A stretch of DNA of 53,258 nucleotides, filler included, from Sphacelaria rigidula (taxonomy: Eukaryota), in NCBI GenBank assembly GCA_964200075.2. It is 4 parts of 4 records of this genome, joined end to end, with 100 filler letters (N's around TTAATTAATTAA, not from the genome) between each part and the next. Parts side by side here need not be neighbours in the genome. Positions count along the whole stretch, not along the records: positions 13,343 to 26,581 come from CAXNAA020003037.1; positions 26,682 to 39,920 come from CAXNAA020003038.1; 2 more parts are not named here. One strand, given 5' to 3'. The translations under genes were made by a program, and so were the position numbers. The notes beneath the pieces were generated by a model, which was not told the DNA's origin, did no database searches, and worked only from the letters and a program-made list of their open reading frames with translations. Positions 25,246 to 36,543 of this stretch are shown in pieces (the first letter of the stretch is position 1; every line of letters begins with the position of its first letter).

Positions 25246-26581
25246 GTGAGTCTGGTGCTCCAATGCAAGGGTTCATGTAAGCCGGCATAGTGGATACCCC
25301 CCCCCCCTTCCCTCCTTTCTGAGGTTCCCCCCAAACTTTTGGGCTCCCAAAAATCGACGAGAACTACGAAACCATGGTATCTTTGTTGGTATGTTTCTCC
25401 CGTGGCTTTGCAAATTGCTGTGTGGCCTCTGGTTCCGGTGGCCTCATCATGTTGGCTGTGTTGCGGGGGCTGATCGTTCAGAACCGCAAATAAACGTTGT
25501 TGTGGCGGAAACAAACTGAAAACATCCTTGTGGGAAGTCAATCGGCTCTGCTCGAGCACAACTCGCGCCCTCGTCGTCTATAAGTATTTTGTTTTCTCTT
25601 CTTCAGCGATACAATGCCGCGTGACCCAGCCGCAGCAAAATAGGTTACTGCCACCGATGTGCCCAGAAACATGCTGTGAATGCCCTTCATATGTTCGTTT
25701 ACCGCTTGGCAACAGAGGATCCGAAGAGCCACACATTAAAAAAGGTAACGCACATATGTAAAGGTTTACATACACTACGCTGCCGACAACTCGTGATTTC
25801 ATGATTCTCGCAAAACGCCACATCTTTGGGCTCTGCTGTCAGCTGAGGTTCTTCAGTGCTAGGCGTCGGGCGCGTGGAGTAGCGCATAAATTTGCGCGTG
25901 GGATTTTCTGACCCGCGGTCACTTTTTGTTCGAGCTCAAACCAATGATTCTGTGACTCACGCTTTTCCCCATGTGATGGACGCATCGTGATTCGTCCCAC
26001 GTGTGTTGTTTCCCTGTGGCTGCTCCCCAGGAGCGGAATATCAGCAATCAAATAGTACCTATTTTTCCGAGGGTCGAATAACCAAATCTACCGTTCCTTA
26101 GGCCTGACTGGTCGACAGAGAGAACAAAACGCTGGCCACGAGTCGGAAAAGTCTAGTGCTTTTCCACGTGCCTGGCGTGTGCGAACCTGGGGTGCAGTGT
26201 TGAAAACAAAGCCCAAGGATTGATTCGTGCAGTACGAATCAATTGCACTGAAACAAGCAATATCCAGACGAATCACTATTTCTGAGCTATTCCACAGTTG
26301 GACGCTGGATTGGCACGCTGGGGCGTATAGTCACTGGTCGCCTGCTTGATTCATCTGACCATTGACCGCGCATCCCTTTCGAGACCTAGCATCGTTCTTA
26401 CTCCTTATGGAGAAACTTCCAACATTTGGGCCCTGAACAAGTTTATTCTACACATCACACAACAACCATATACATTTTATTTTATCCCCTTTCTATTTTG
26501 GACTTTGGGGGGGGGGGGGGGATGTTTTTTAGTATGGGTGGATTTTGAGTTTGTTTGTGAAAAAAGGTATGTTTTGGAAAA

Positions 26582-26681
26582 NNNNNNNNNNNNNNNNNNN
26601 NNNNNNNNNNNNNNNNNNNNNNNNNTTAATTAATTAANNNNNNNNNNNNNNNNNNNNNNNNNNNNNNNNNNNNNNNNNNNN
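26582..26681. other. Artificial 100-nt contig spacer
   Basis: N-TTAATTAATTAA-N. Confidence 0.97.
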
Positions 26682-27584
26682 TATAATACCATGCATCAGT
26701 TATATGGAAACGCTTCCCTGTTTTTTTTTTCATTCTCAAACAGGCCCGCATTTCGTCTTTACTTGATACTAGAGTAAGTCTTTACTGCTGAGACAGAAAA
26801 CATTTTCGCTCGTACTTCGCTGAACATTCTCATGCGTTTTGTTTCTGCCTGGATTTGGAGCACATCTGCCTCCCACGCTATGCTCTGTATAGCTTTATGG
26901 CGTTCCGATGCATCTCGTTCGATGCGTTTCCTCTCTCCACGTCTCGGTGAACCCCTCGGCCGTGAGAGGTGCCGTAATCTGTCTCGATTGCTCTTCATTC
27001 GCGGAATCGGCATCATCTTCGCTTGGATCTGAAATCGGGATCATGTTCAGTCGAGAAGTAGCTCGATTTAATCAAATGGCGTTATTCCTCTGAACACAGT
27101 CTACGTCTCGGGGCAGGGCTTACCCACCGCGGGCGTTCGATTGACATTACGATGCGTTCTGTTCTTACTTCAGTTTGAAGTAAATTTGCTTTCCGCGCTG
27201 TGTTTGGCGTGGCTTTCCGATTGCGTTCCGTCCCGAGCATTTAGTACGTGTACTCTGTTAGCTCGTCTAGACCAATTTCGCCTCGGCCTTTTCATCTCTT
27301 TCGCGCACTGAACTGGCATCAGCACTACTGCACTACTGCACTACTGCCATTTGAAACGTTCGTCGGCATTGTACTTTGATATCGACTCCTTCACCGCCGC
27401 AAATATGTGAAATCTTTCTCCCTCACTCCGAGATCATATCCGTTTGTGCAATCGCCGTCATTTTCATATAGGTATCAGTTGCAGTCGGCAATTGAACCGG
27501 CATTTTTGTTTTTTTCATTCCCGGCGGTAGACAGCTCAGATCCTTGCTGTCAAAATATGAAGAGGCATAACATGTTTAGCTTTT

Positions 27585-27837
27585 GAGTCATGCTACGATA
27601 AGGGGTGGGGTATTTTGGGCCGTTTCTTCCACGAAGTTTTGTTCAAAATCGTCGTTAATAGCAGCAGCGGCTGTTCAAACGCGCTTGCTTCCGATAAATA
27701 ACGCTCATTCATACGGCTTGGTACTGTTTTCATCCAAATTCAAGCGCACGCCGAGTGTGTAAGGTCGCCTGGAGAATTCATGAGCCAATTTTTACGTGGA
27801 ATTCAACACCCCCCCCCCCTCTCTCCTAGCATGACTC
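27585..27837 (+). mobile_element. 253-bp MITE, family D (GAG..CTC termini, 4-bp TSD tttt)
   Basis: tttt|gagtcatgctacgataagggg ... ccctctctcctagcatgactc|tttt. Confidence 0.85.
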
Positions 27838-28051
27838 TTTTGACCGCTCTGAAAAGTGGTGGGAAGGTTTTGTTTTCCTCCAGGATCCTCTGTGTCCGCA
27901 CCGTCTCAACTATACGTCCTTTTTTATTGTATCTGCACTGCCGCTGCAGTTCCCGCTGCTCGTCTACCGTACATATGATTTAGTGTAGCCGACCCTGCGA
28001 GTGGATCGCGTTCTTCGTTCTATTTGCTTGCCATGTGTATCTGGCACTAGG

Positions 28052-28568
28052 GAGTGATGCTACGACAGGGGGGAGGAGGTCGGGGGATATCCTCAGCCAT
28101 TATTTTCACAAAATTCCACCCCAAATCGTCGTTGACAGCGGCAACGTTTGTTCGGACGCGCTTGCTACCAATAAGACACTCATTCATGACGAATTGGCAT
28201 CGTTTTCATCCAAAACGAAACGCACCGTGAGCAGTTATGCAATCCGAGAGTCATCCTACGATAGGGGGGGGGGGGGTATCTGATTGCACGAAAAAAGAGG
28301 CTCGAAAGTGTGTCAGACGACCTGCCACACTCGCGGTGCCCTTGTATTTGGTTCAAAACGGTGCCAATCGGTATGAACGAGCGTTATGTATCTATAACAA
28401 GCCCGTTCGAGCAACCGTTGGTCCTTTCAAGGACAATTCGTCTCTGAATTTCGTGCAAGAAGTGGCCCGAAATACCCCCCCCCCCCCTATCGTAGGATGA
28501 CTCCCGAAATACCTGTGAGCCTCTTTTACGTGGAATCCGACACCTCACCCCTTATCGTAGTATCACTC
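28052..28568 (+). mobile_element. Older family-D MITE (TSD tagg/cagg) interrupted by a nested copy
   Basis: gagtgatgctacgacagggg ... cccttatcgtagtatcactc; the interior aligns with 27585-27837 on both sides of the insert. Confidence 0.8.
28248..28503 (-). mobile_element. Young family-D MITE nested in reverse orientation (TSD ccga)
   Basis: ccga|gagtcatcctacgatagggggg ... cccccctatcgtaggatgactc|ccga; perfect TIRs. Confidence 0.9.
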
Positions 28569-29119
28569 CAGGATGGAGGAATCTACTACGCGACGGTGAA
28601 AGGTATGAGCCGTCTCCATATCTAGTGCATGTTTGTTCGCGTCTACACTTTGCTTTGCAAGTCTTCCTGCAGCAGAAATCCAAGATAGTTTTTTTTTTGG
28701 GGGGGTGGAGGTATTATTTGTGTAGTCGACCCTGCGAGTGGAATACTTTATCGACTGTTGCTGGTAAAATATCTGTTATCGAACAATACTATTCACTTTT
28801 TCTTCACATCGAATTTCGACACATGCCGTTACACGACGCACAGAACTATCACTGTTGCTCACTTATCTTGAGAGTCGATCCGCTGAGCGTGGCGGCGTAA
28901 GACGCCAAAACCTTTGTATGTGACCGGATTGGAGTTTCAACCGTTACTGTCGCTCGTAGAAGGTACGGGTGGTATCGACAGAAGAACAGCACATTAGGAT
29001 AATGTTCGCTCATTTTGTTTGATTGCTGGATTTGCTTCTTCGAATAAGGTACTCTCTTGCTATGACACCTCGCTCAAGGAGAGGGGTTGGACACATAGAC
29101 GGCACAAGCTGTATATCCA

Positions 29120-29520
29120 TGTTTGATCGATTGATTGATTGTCGCACTGTAACTGACCCCCCAGGGGTCCAGCCGTGGTCGCATGATAGACGTACCCGAG
29201 AAAATCAGAACTGAAACACTCGCTGAAGAAAAAAACGATCAGAAGAAAAAAAAAAAAAAGAAAAGAAGGACAAGGAAGACAAAGACAAGAAAAAAAAAAA
29301 AAAAAAAAAAAAGACAAAAAAAAAAAAGAAAAAAAAAAAAAAAAAAATGAATAGAAGGACATGGTAGACTAAGACGTGAAAAAAAAAATGATAATAAAAC
29401 AGTCGATAGAAGCGAAGCGCAGAAAGAAAATGGCCGACCTGAATCAAAAGAAGGGAAAAGAGGAAAGAAAGAAAAGAGCAAAAAACTGGAATAAATCAAG
29501 AAAAAAGAAAGGGAAAGGCC
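29120..29520 (-). mobile_element. Family-A repeat with adjoining long A/GA-rich low-complexity tract
   Basis: ttgattgattgtcgcactgtaactgaccccccaggggtccagccgtggtcgcatgatagacgtaccc is the reverse complement of the 2020-2130 core; A-runs at 29227-29520. Confidence 0.75.
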
Positions 29521-30853
29521 CGCGGGATTCAGGACAGAAGAGTAGATACAGACAAACACCAGTGGGCGCCGCAGAGCCACCGACTAAGGACATCATCAAC
29601 AACCCACATGAGCTGATATTCGGTTGTATAACTAGATACGGTACATATTCTGGCAGTTGAATGAAATCATGGAGCTATGGGGTTGCTAAATTATACGCCT
29701 CCTCGATTGCGTAGGATCCTCCATTTAGGGAACGTTTCACACTGGATATTGAGGTGGATACTGTGTCGCCAATGTTTGTCGAAGTAGGATAATGTAGCTA
29801 AGTGAGTAGGCCACGCAGCTTCCAATAGATCTGGCGTAAAATCTGAAAAGATTGGAGCGCCCGCAGTATGTTGGATTAGGTTATACAACAATATGGTTCG
29901 ACGTACGTGCCTCACATGATGCAGAACGATTCGTGGGGGGGGTTGATCGTAGCGTGGGTCCAACTATGCCGATCCCTTCTTCACCTCTTCCTCTCTTTCA
30001 CACTCTCCTTGAGTTTTCTGCACCAAAAAGAGACTGCCGTTTTGCCTATGAATAAGCGTCCGTGAGAATGATCTGACTCTTTTGCTGCAAGACACGAACG
30101 AACTTCACAATCACTCTGCATCCTTCGCAAGTTTTTCTGGCGATGGTTCCACATCCAACACTACTGCTACTACAGACCTCCAACGGTGGGCAGGGATGTG
30201 ACGAAAAATCAGAGATGCGCTATGAAACCTTATCGACTTAGTCCACAACAAGGCTACCAGTACGTGTTTGCGAAAAGATTGGTTTTACACTTGCATAAGG
30301 GGCCAAGAAGCCTCCATATCCGGCGCTAAAATACGGAATCTTAGTTTCTTCCTATCCAGAGAACTTCACTCCCGAATCTGTTGGAGGTTAGAATTTTTCC
30401 TTTCGATTAAAGTGCAACAACGGAGTATCATCAGTTTTTTTTTCGCAGCAGTCGCGCCCACAAGATTAAGGGTAGCGTATGCTCCACACAAGAAGTTCTT
30501 CACTTTCACTAATGATATGGTTTTTGTTTCTTATATCGACGATACTGTACACTGATACATAGAAGGTAGATCAAACGGTTGACTCTCACAACATGGGCGC
30601 GCAGGCTACACACCCACACGCAACGTAATCGAGCTTGCACGAACGGCCTTCCCATGCATGAATAATACTGTATCAGCCAGCATAACTATAGGATGTAAGG
30701 AGCTCTAGTATGGTGGAAAATGACGGAATTTCAAGTACAGAGCCCTTTTCAGGACTTCACGACGACGTCGTGACGTGTCAGTGACATGAGCTTCGGGACG
30801 AATACACCCACCACACGGATAGGGATAAACCGTAACACGGACACACGGAAGCC

Positions 30854-31223
30854 GGTCGCCCCGGCGGCTCAGTTGGTAACCTCGAAACCCTCTGACGGTT
30901 GGGTCATGGGTTCAATTCTCGGAGCAATCTGGGATTTTTTCTCAGGCCATGCCCACCAGTGGAGAGCGACAATGTCGTGGATACACAAAATTCGACTTAA
31001 CGGTCGACGAGGGAAAGGGACTGCTGGACCCCTCTCGCGATAAAAAAATAAAAGGCAAGCACCGCACAAGGAAGGCGGGGTACAAAAAACGCAAATAAAA
31101 CAGCAAAAGCTCCTGTGTTGACCTTCCTCTTGTGTGACCCCGGCTGATGCGCCCACATACACCGAAAGGTGTAGAACTGCGTCCAGAAAAAGAGGGACAA
31201 CAACACACACAACGACAACACAT
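30854..31223 (+). mobile_element. tRNA-derived SINE, copy 1
   Basis: Box A-like cggctcagttgg, box B-like ggttcaattctc, body shared with 32369-32731, CA-rich tail, and acggacacac repeated at both flanks (probable TSD). Confidence 0.85.
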
Positions 31224-31688
31224 ACGGACACACACTGCGAACTTGACCTCGAGCTCGGACTGCTACTACTTTATGCAGCACTCGTCACACAGCACACAAC
31301 TAACAATATATCTATATCTTTCAGCAGAGAGATTCTTCTTGTCCATCTACTCCTCTGTACCTTCTCGAGAAACTAAAGGAATCAATAATTCGTCGTGCCA
31401 CCCCTACAACTGCAATATGAACACATGACACAGTATGCTCCGAGAGAGGAATGCTGCAAGTCACGTTCCAAAAATATTCAAATACTGTATTCCTCGTCGA
31501 AAAGGTTAAAGCGATACTCCATGCTCTTCGTCATCGCTTCACACCCGAACCCCAGAATATGGCCGCGGTGCCATCGTTGCCTCGCGAGCGGTGTTGCTCG
31601 GCCAGGCCTGTCCACATCGCGCTCAGCACCTCGAGGCTCCTCCTGTTGCAAAAACACGGGTGCCTACGTATGAATAGTGAAACAAGCA

Positions 31689-31905
31689 GGCGAGGTTGGG
31701 ATCGTCCACGGGACTCAAGATCCATTACGGATACATAACGCTACGAGACTAGCGTAATTGGGGCGATCTACGGGACTTATAGCTCATCACGGGTGCAAAG
31801 TGCTTCGAGACTGGCGAGGTAAGGGCGGTCCACGGGATTCGAAACCCATTACTGGTGCATATTGCTACGAGACTGGCGAGGTTGGGGCGGTCCACGGGAC
31901 TCAGC
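31689..31905. repeat. 62-bp minisatellite x ~3.5
   Basis: Units start at 31689, 31751, 31813 and 31875 (ggcgaggttggggcggtccacgggact..gctacgagact). Confidence 0.85.
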
Positions 31906-32368
31906 ACTTATTAAATTACACGGTTGATTCTACCGAAGCATGCACTGTGTAATGAGTGGTCAAAAGTATACTAGTCGCTCAGAGGAGACAACATCAAGGT
32001 CGGTGTTGCGCCTGGTAAGATCCTTTTGGTATCTGCCGCTGTCTTCTTTGACCGGCGAGTTACAGATATTTTACGTTTGCAGCAAGAGGCACGCCGTAGG
32101 ATCTGCGGCATACAGTAACTTACTTGCCACCTATATTGATTTCGTTGAGTCTTGACCCACCAATTTGTACCGTCATTCCCGTACACGGATGATGTTCTCC
32201 CTACCCGCGGATGGTACACCGAGTCAAATCGATTTGATATGTGCCTTGATGTGTAGCTATCACAACCTGAAGTCCGGGCGCGATAGTTCAACCCCAGATT
32301 TTTAACTTTAGAGCGCGAGATGATATGCGCCCTGTGTAGCGAAAATTATCCCTGTACTACTGTGAGCT

Positions 32369-32731
32369 GGTCGCCCCGGTGGCTCAGTTGGTTACCTCAA
32401 AAACCTTCTGACGGTCGGGTCGTGGGTTCGAATCCCGAAGCGGTCTGGGATTTTTTCTCACACAATGCCCAACAGTGGAGAGCGATATGTCATGGGTAAA
32501 CAAAATTCGACACAAAGGTCAACGAGGGAAAGGGACAGCCGAACCCCTCTGGCGATAAAAAAAAAAGGTAAGCACTGCAGAAGGAAGGTTGAGAACTCAA
32601 ACAAAAAGGAAAACCCTCTTGTGTTGGCCTCCCTCCTGTGTGACCCCGGCTGATGCGCCCACACATACCAAAAGGTGTAGACTGGCGTCCAGAATAGTTG
32701 GGATGACAACACACACAACACACAACACACA
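32369..32731 (+). mobile_element. tRNA-derived SINE, copy 2 (intact Pol III boxes)
   Basis: Box A tggctcagttgg, box B ggttcgaatccc, (caacaca)n tail, and degenerate TSD actactgtgagc/actactgatgtagc. Confidence 0.88.
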
Positions 32732-34105
32732 CTACTGATGTAGCCTCAATTTTCACAGGCACATGGGTAGCGTGGGTTATCTGCCATCGCGTTTCTCAAA
32801 AATAGCACAGTGGCCGTAGATGAGATGTGCACGATCAACGCTTTTGCCACCGTTCGTTCGGCGGCATCTCCATCACATATTCCTGTGCTCTGTGGTTGAT
32901 ATAATCAGGTGAGAATTAAACTGAAGTGTAGCTGCGAAGCGGTCTCATCAGCAACAAGGCGACTGTGTGCTCTATGCCGACTATAGACCAGCTAAACTTC
33001 AGCTCCGAGGGATGTGTTCAAACGTCAGGGATAAGCCTGAGACAGGTATGTTGGGAACCTGTCTACAAAAACCACAGGATTATATCAGGCAGCGCTGACT
33101 GAGAGCTCAGTGGTTGTTGTGCGTTAACTCGACGTTCGTCTAGCGTTTGAGCTGTCGCGCCGCCTTTTTCACTTGAGGATTGCCAAACCTGTAACCAGCA
33201 CTGCTGCTCGCCCTGGAATTCTTAACCAAGTGCCGGGCAAGGCGTGTTGTGGCTCTTCTTGGCCAACGTGTCTATACTGGTCTCCAAGGTTCATACTTCG
33301 GGACTTCATTATTTTCCCGGAGAAATTGGCAAGAATTTTCGTGCGGGGAATCGAACCCGGGAACATTCTTCTGTTGGAAAGTCCAATAATCAATGACCTA
33401 TCAGCCTACTTCTGATTAGAACACGCAAAAACCCCTGATCCACCAGTGAGCACTGGCTGAGTGGTTCGGTGGTGGGTGCGATGGCTCAACAAAAGCTGGC
33501 TCCCGCGTTTGATACCCCGCATGACCATTTGTTATCGGTTTCTTTGCAACATACCGAATACAGAGGCACACGCCTGAGCAACCGGTATGGACACTCCTAG
33601 CAAGAATAGGCATAATAAAACCTACTACGCACTTGGCACAGTGGTCCAGGGGCAAGAGCAGCGCTGGTTACGGCCGTGATAACCATGGAGCGGATGTGAC
33701 GGTGCGAGAACCTAACAACTAAATCAATCTCGGGATCAACTTTCGTTAAATGCACAATAACCACTGCACTATGCATCAGCAAAGGCTGACTACCTCAGTG
33801 TTCGTTGTGGGTTTCAATCATGCCCACCAGAAACAATGACCGACGTATGGGACACAACGTGAATACGTGACATAACGTTGAGAAGATGATGCAAGAAAAC
33901 GATCGCATCAAATTCATTCTCCAGTGCACCCACCGGTTTGTTTGTATTCGAATTCGCATGACAGTCCACTGCTACAATTTGATCCATTCACGTGAACGAC
34001 AAATTTCGAGAGACCGAAACACACACAAATTGGATGACCTCGTGGTCTATGGTCGGAGATGTCCTCACCTTTCGTTTAGCATTCCGTGCGGTTCGTCCGT
34101 GGCTA

Positions 34106-34561
34106 TCAGTCGTCGTGTTCCATGCAGCACTTGCCCTTCGAGCAACCGTCGCGCCCGCACTTGTCGTCCATCCTATCGGGGTTGGGAATGAAGTTCTCCG
34201 GACAAGCGAAGCCCCAGCAGAACGACTCGCAGCACTGCTTCTCCCTGCACTCGCCGTCGTCGCACTCTACCTCCCACGCCTTCTCGATCGGTACGTACCC
34301 CGCCGGGCACCCGATGGAGTTGCACTTGGGGGGCATGTTACGATCGTCGTGTTCCATGCAGCACTTGCCCTTCGAGCAGCCGTCACGTCCGCATTTGTCG
34401 TCCTTCGTGTCGGGGTTGGGAATGAAGTTCTGCGGGCAGGCGAAGCCCCAGCAGAACGACTCGCAGCAATCCTCGATAGTGCACGTGACATCTCCACACT
34501 TTTCTATCCACGGGCGAAGAATAGGTACGTAACCCTCAGGGCACACGAAGGAGGAGCATAC
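34106..34561 (-). CDS. Terminal exon of a cysteine-rich repeat protein (four six-Cys modules, ABAB)
   Basis: Probable acceptor cgaag|GTA TGC. Frame VCSSFVCPEGYVP..CCMEHDD, then TGA TAG. Internal 234-bp DNA duplication with all Cys retained. Confidence 0.85.
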   Translation of the reverse strand, partial: VCSSFVCPEGYVPILRPWIEKCGDVTCTIEDCCESFCWGFACPQNFIPNPDTKDDKCGRDGCSKGKCCMEHDDRNMPPKCNSIGCPAGYVPIEKAWEVECDDGECREKQCCESFCWGFACPENFIPNPDRMDDKCGRDGCSKGKCCMEHDD

Positions 34562-34626
34562 CTTCGTTCGGGGGCATGCGTTCAAGATTCAGGCAGGGAA
34601 AAGGGGGAGCGGGGAGAGGGGGAGCG

Positions 34627-34689
34627 TACTCATTTGTTGCTTGCCTTAGTCGTGTGACCATTGACCACGCATCCCTTTCGAGACGGAGC
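34627..34689 (-). mobile_element. Isolated LINE family B 3' tail followed by C-rich tract
   Basis: tactcatttgttgcttgccttagtcgtgtgaccattgaccacgcatccctttcgagacggagc. Confidence 0.8.
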
Positions 34690-35442
34690 ACAGCGGGGAG
34701 AGGGGGGGGGGGAGGGGGTAATACATCAGTTGACTCTGCAGGTTGTCAGCAAAAGAGATTAGGTGCGGGCGCTGCGTTTGTCTAGAGTGAATGAGCGGGT
34801 CAAGGTTTGGTTATGTGCGTGCACATAGTTGCAGTTTTGTGATTGTCGGTGGCCGCCCTTCGGACTAAAAACGGTACAAGGGCATTTCAGGATGGCCATA
34901 CTACGGTACAAGTAGATATATGAAAGGTACTGCTCAACCAGAATAACCGCTTGCTGTTCGCCGTGACTTTCTCAGTTGTAGAGGTTTGAGTTCGTTCGTA
35001 CTTTTCAAGGTTCGTGGCAACAGCAGCGCTGGCTGGGTAGGTTCAACCCCAAGAATACTCAATGCACTAACGATATGATTTCCGTATAAGTCAAGTGGCC
35101 CATGATGCTGGGAAAGGAGAAAACGATCACGAGTATCCTGGGATCTCCGAAGCTATGAAAGCAGGTCGACACCCCACTTGAGTTCGCATGGGAATGATGT
35201 GCTGCGTCCCTTTCGCTGAACTGCGACAAAGAGTTAATGAGTAGGAAGGTTGGGCACTCATGATAACGTGATGCATAAATCAGCTCAAGTCTAGCGGAGG
35301 ATGAAAAACATGACGGCAGCTGGTCTAGCACTAGTGTGATCCGAACAGCTCCAGCACCGGCTGTTCATCAAAGAATCCTAGTGTTGGGGTGGCAGAGGGT
35401 CTAACAGAGCGGATGGGATGTCAATCGACCAGCTCAGCGTAG

Positions 35443-36130
35443 GATGGACGTGATCCTACGAGATTCGCACCTAGATACTGGGATCAAGACATGTACTCTG
35501 ATGGATGTACTTGTACCAAAGCTGGAATACGCAGGACGAGTGTAGGAGGGGAACGCGAAGTTGGTGGAGAAGCTGGAAACAGTACACATGACAGCACCTG
35601 AGAGAAGACTTGGGTGATCAAAAACAACGAATAATGCAGCATTGAGAGCAGAGTTGAGAATGTACCCACTTGAAAGAAACAGAGACATGAGAAAATTGAG
35701 GTGGCAACATAGCGCAAAGAAAATGCAGAGAAAGAGATTGCCAGCCATAATCGATAAGACCGCATGGAAGAAGGTGACGAAAGTGCAGACTGGGATAAGG
35801 TGGGAGAGCGTAGTCGAGAAAGTACGGGAGGACATAGGAGAAGACCAAGACGAGATAATGTCCATGGGTGAAGTTGCAGGGTACGAGACATAAGTAAGAG
35901 ACACGATAGAAGTAGGGAGAAAAGAAGCGCCAAGACGGAAAGTAGACAAGGAAGAAAACCTGAACATGTACGGGTGGTTGAGAGAGGGAATAGGGACGAA
36001 AACATCTCTACATGACCCAATGGACTCTGCGGAAACCTTGATACTGCGGTTTTGGGTGGGGAACCTGGACCTGCCAGAAAGAAGTAAGAGGTATGCCAGT
36101 AGCCGAGCGGACCAGGCAGTAGATACACAG
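35443..36130 (+). mobile_element. Decayed non-LTR retrotransposon (LINE family B) ORF2 C-terminal fragment
   Basis: Broken frame MDVILRDSHLDT..VPKLEYAG.V.EGNAKLVEKLETV..LRAELRMYPL..RKLRWQ, typical post-RT LINE region; aligns with 48155-48830. Confidence 0.82.
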
Positions 36131-36463
36131 AATTCTGGGTTCCATGAAAACGGAAGATCACCTTTTTTCTCGTCGTGTTGCAGCTTTCACCCGACCGAAG
36201 CGTTCATATCCATAGATCACGAGCATGTATTGAACACATGATTTTCTGATCACAATATAGACCCCTCCTTTTTTCGGGAGGAGTCTTACATTTTGGTCTC
36301 GCGGATTGGATCATGACCGAACACTCCCGCTCTGCGTCGGTTGGATCATGACAAAGTCATTCAGAGCACTTTATCATGTTCACCCACGTTCTCAAGCTTT
36401 CAATGACACCGATCAGATACATTAATCAGATACGCAAAAAAGGTATCATTCGTTTCGTTTTTA

Positions 36464-36488
36464 TTGCTGTTGTTGTTGCTGTTGTTGT

Positions 36489-36523
<35 letters not shown>

Positions 36524-36543
36524 TTGTTGTTGTTGTTGTTGTT
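36464..36543. repeat. (GTT/GCT)n trinucleotide microsatellite
   Basis: Read directly from the sequence. Confidence 0.95.

Noticed and set aside
24252..25559. 435-aa minus-strand ORF, and other ORFs antisense to 22633-25245 and 13597-14589
   Set aside because: Shadow frames of GC-rich real exons.
26759..27503. Charged minus-strand ORF fragments
   Set aside because: Multiple stops and no recognisable domain or splice structure; I cannot support a gene call.
29060..29660. Poly-Phe/poly-Lys ORFs
   Set aside because: Translations of A-rich low-complexity tracts.
31689..31905. Regularly spaced repeats resembling a CRISPR array
   Set aside because: Whole 62-bp units are homologous, with no unique spacers and no cas genes, in a eukaryotic context; it is a minisatellite.
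32369..32445. tRNA gene
   Set aside because: A/B boxes are present but I cannot build a proper cloverleaf, and it is the head of a multi-copy SINE.
33341..33362. Box B-like motif on the minus strand (ccgggttcgattccccgcac)
   Set aside because: No convincing box A or cloverleaf; at most a decayed SINE or tRNA fragment.
33992..34657. 221-aa plus-strand ORF
   Set aside because: Antisense shadow of the six-Cys exon; the conserved Cys pattern is on the minus strand.
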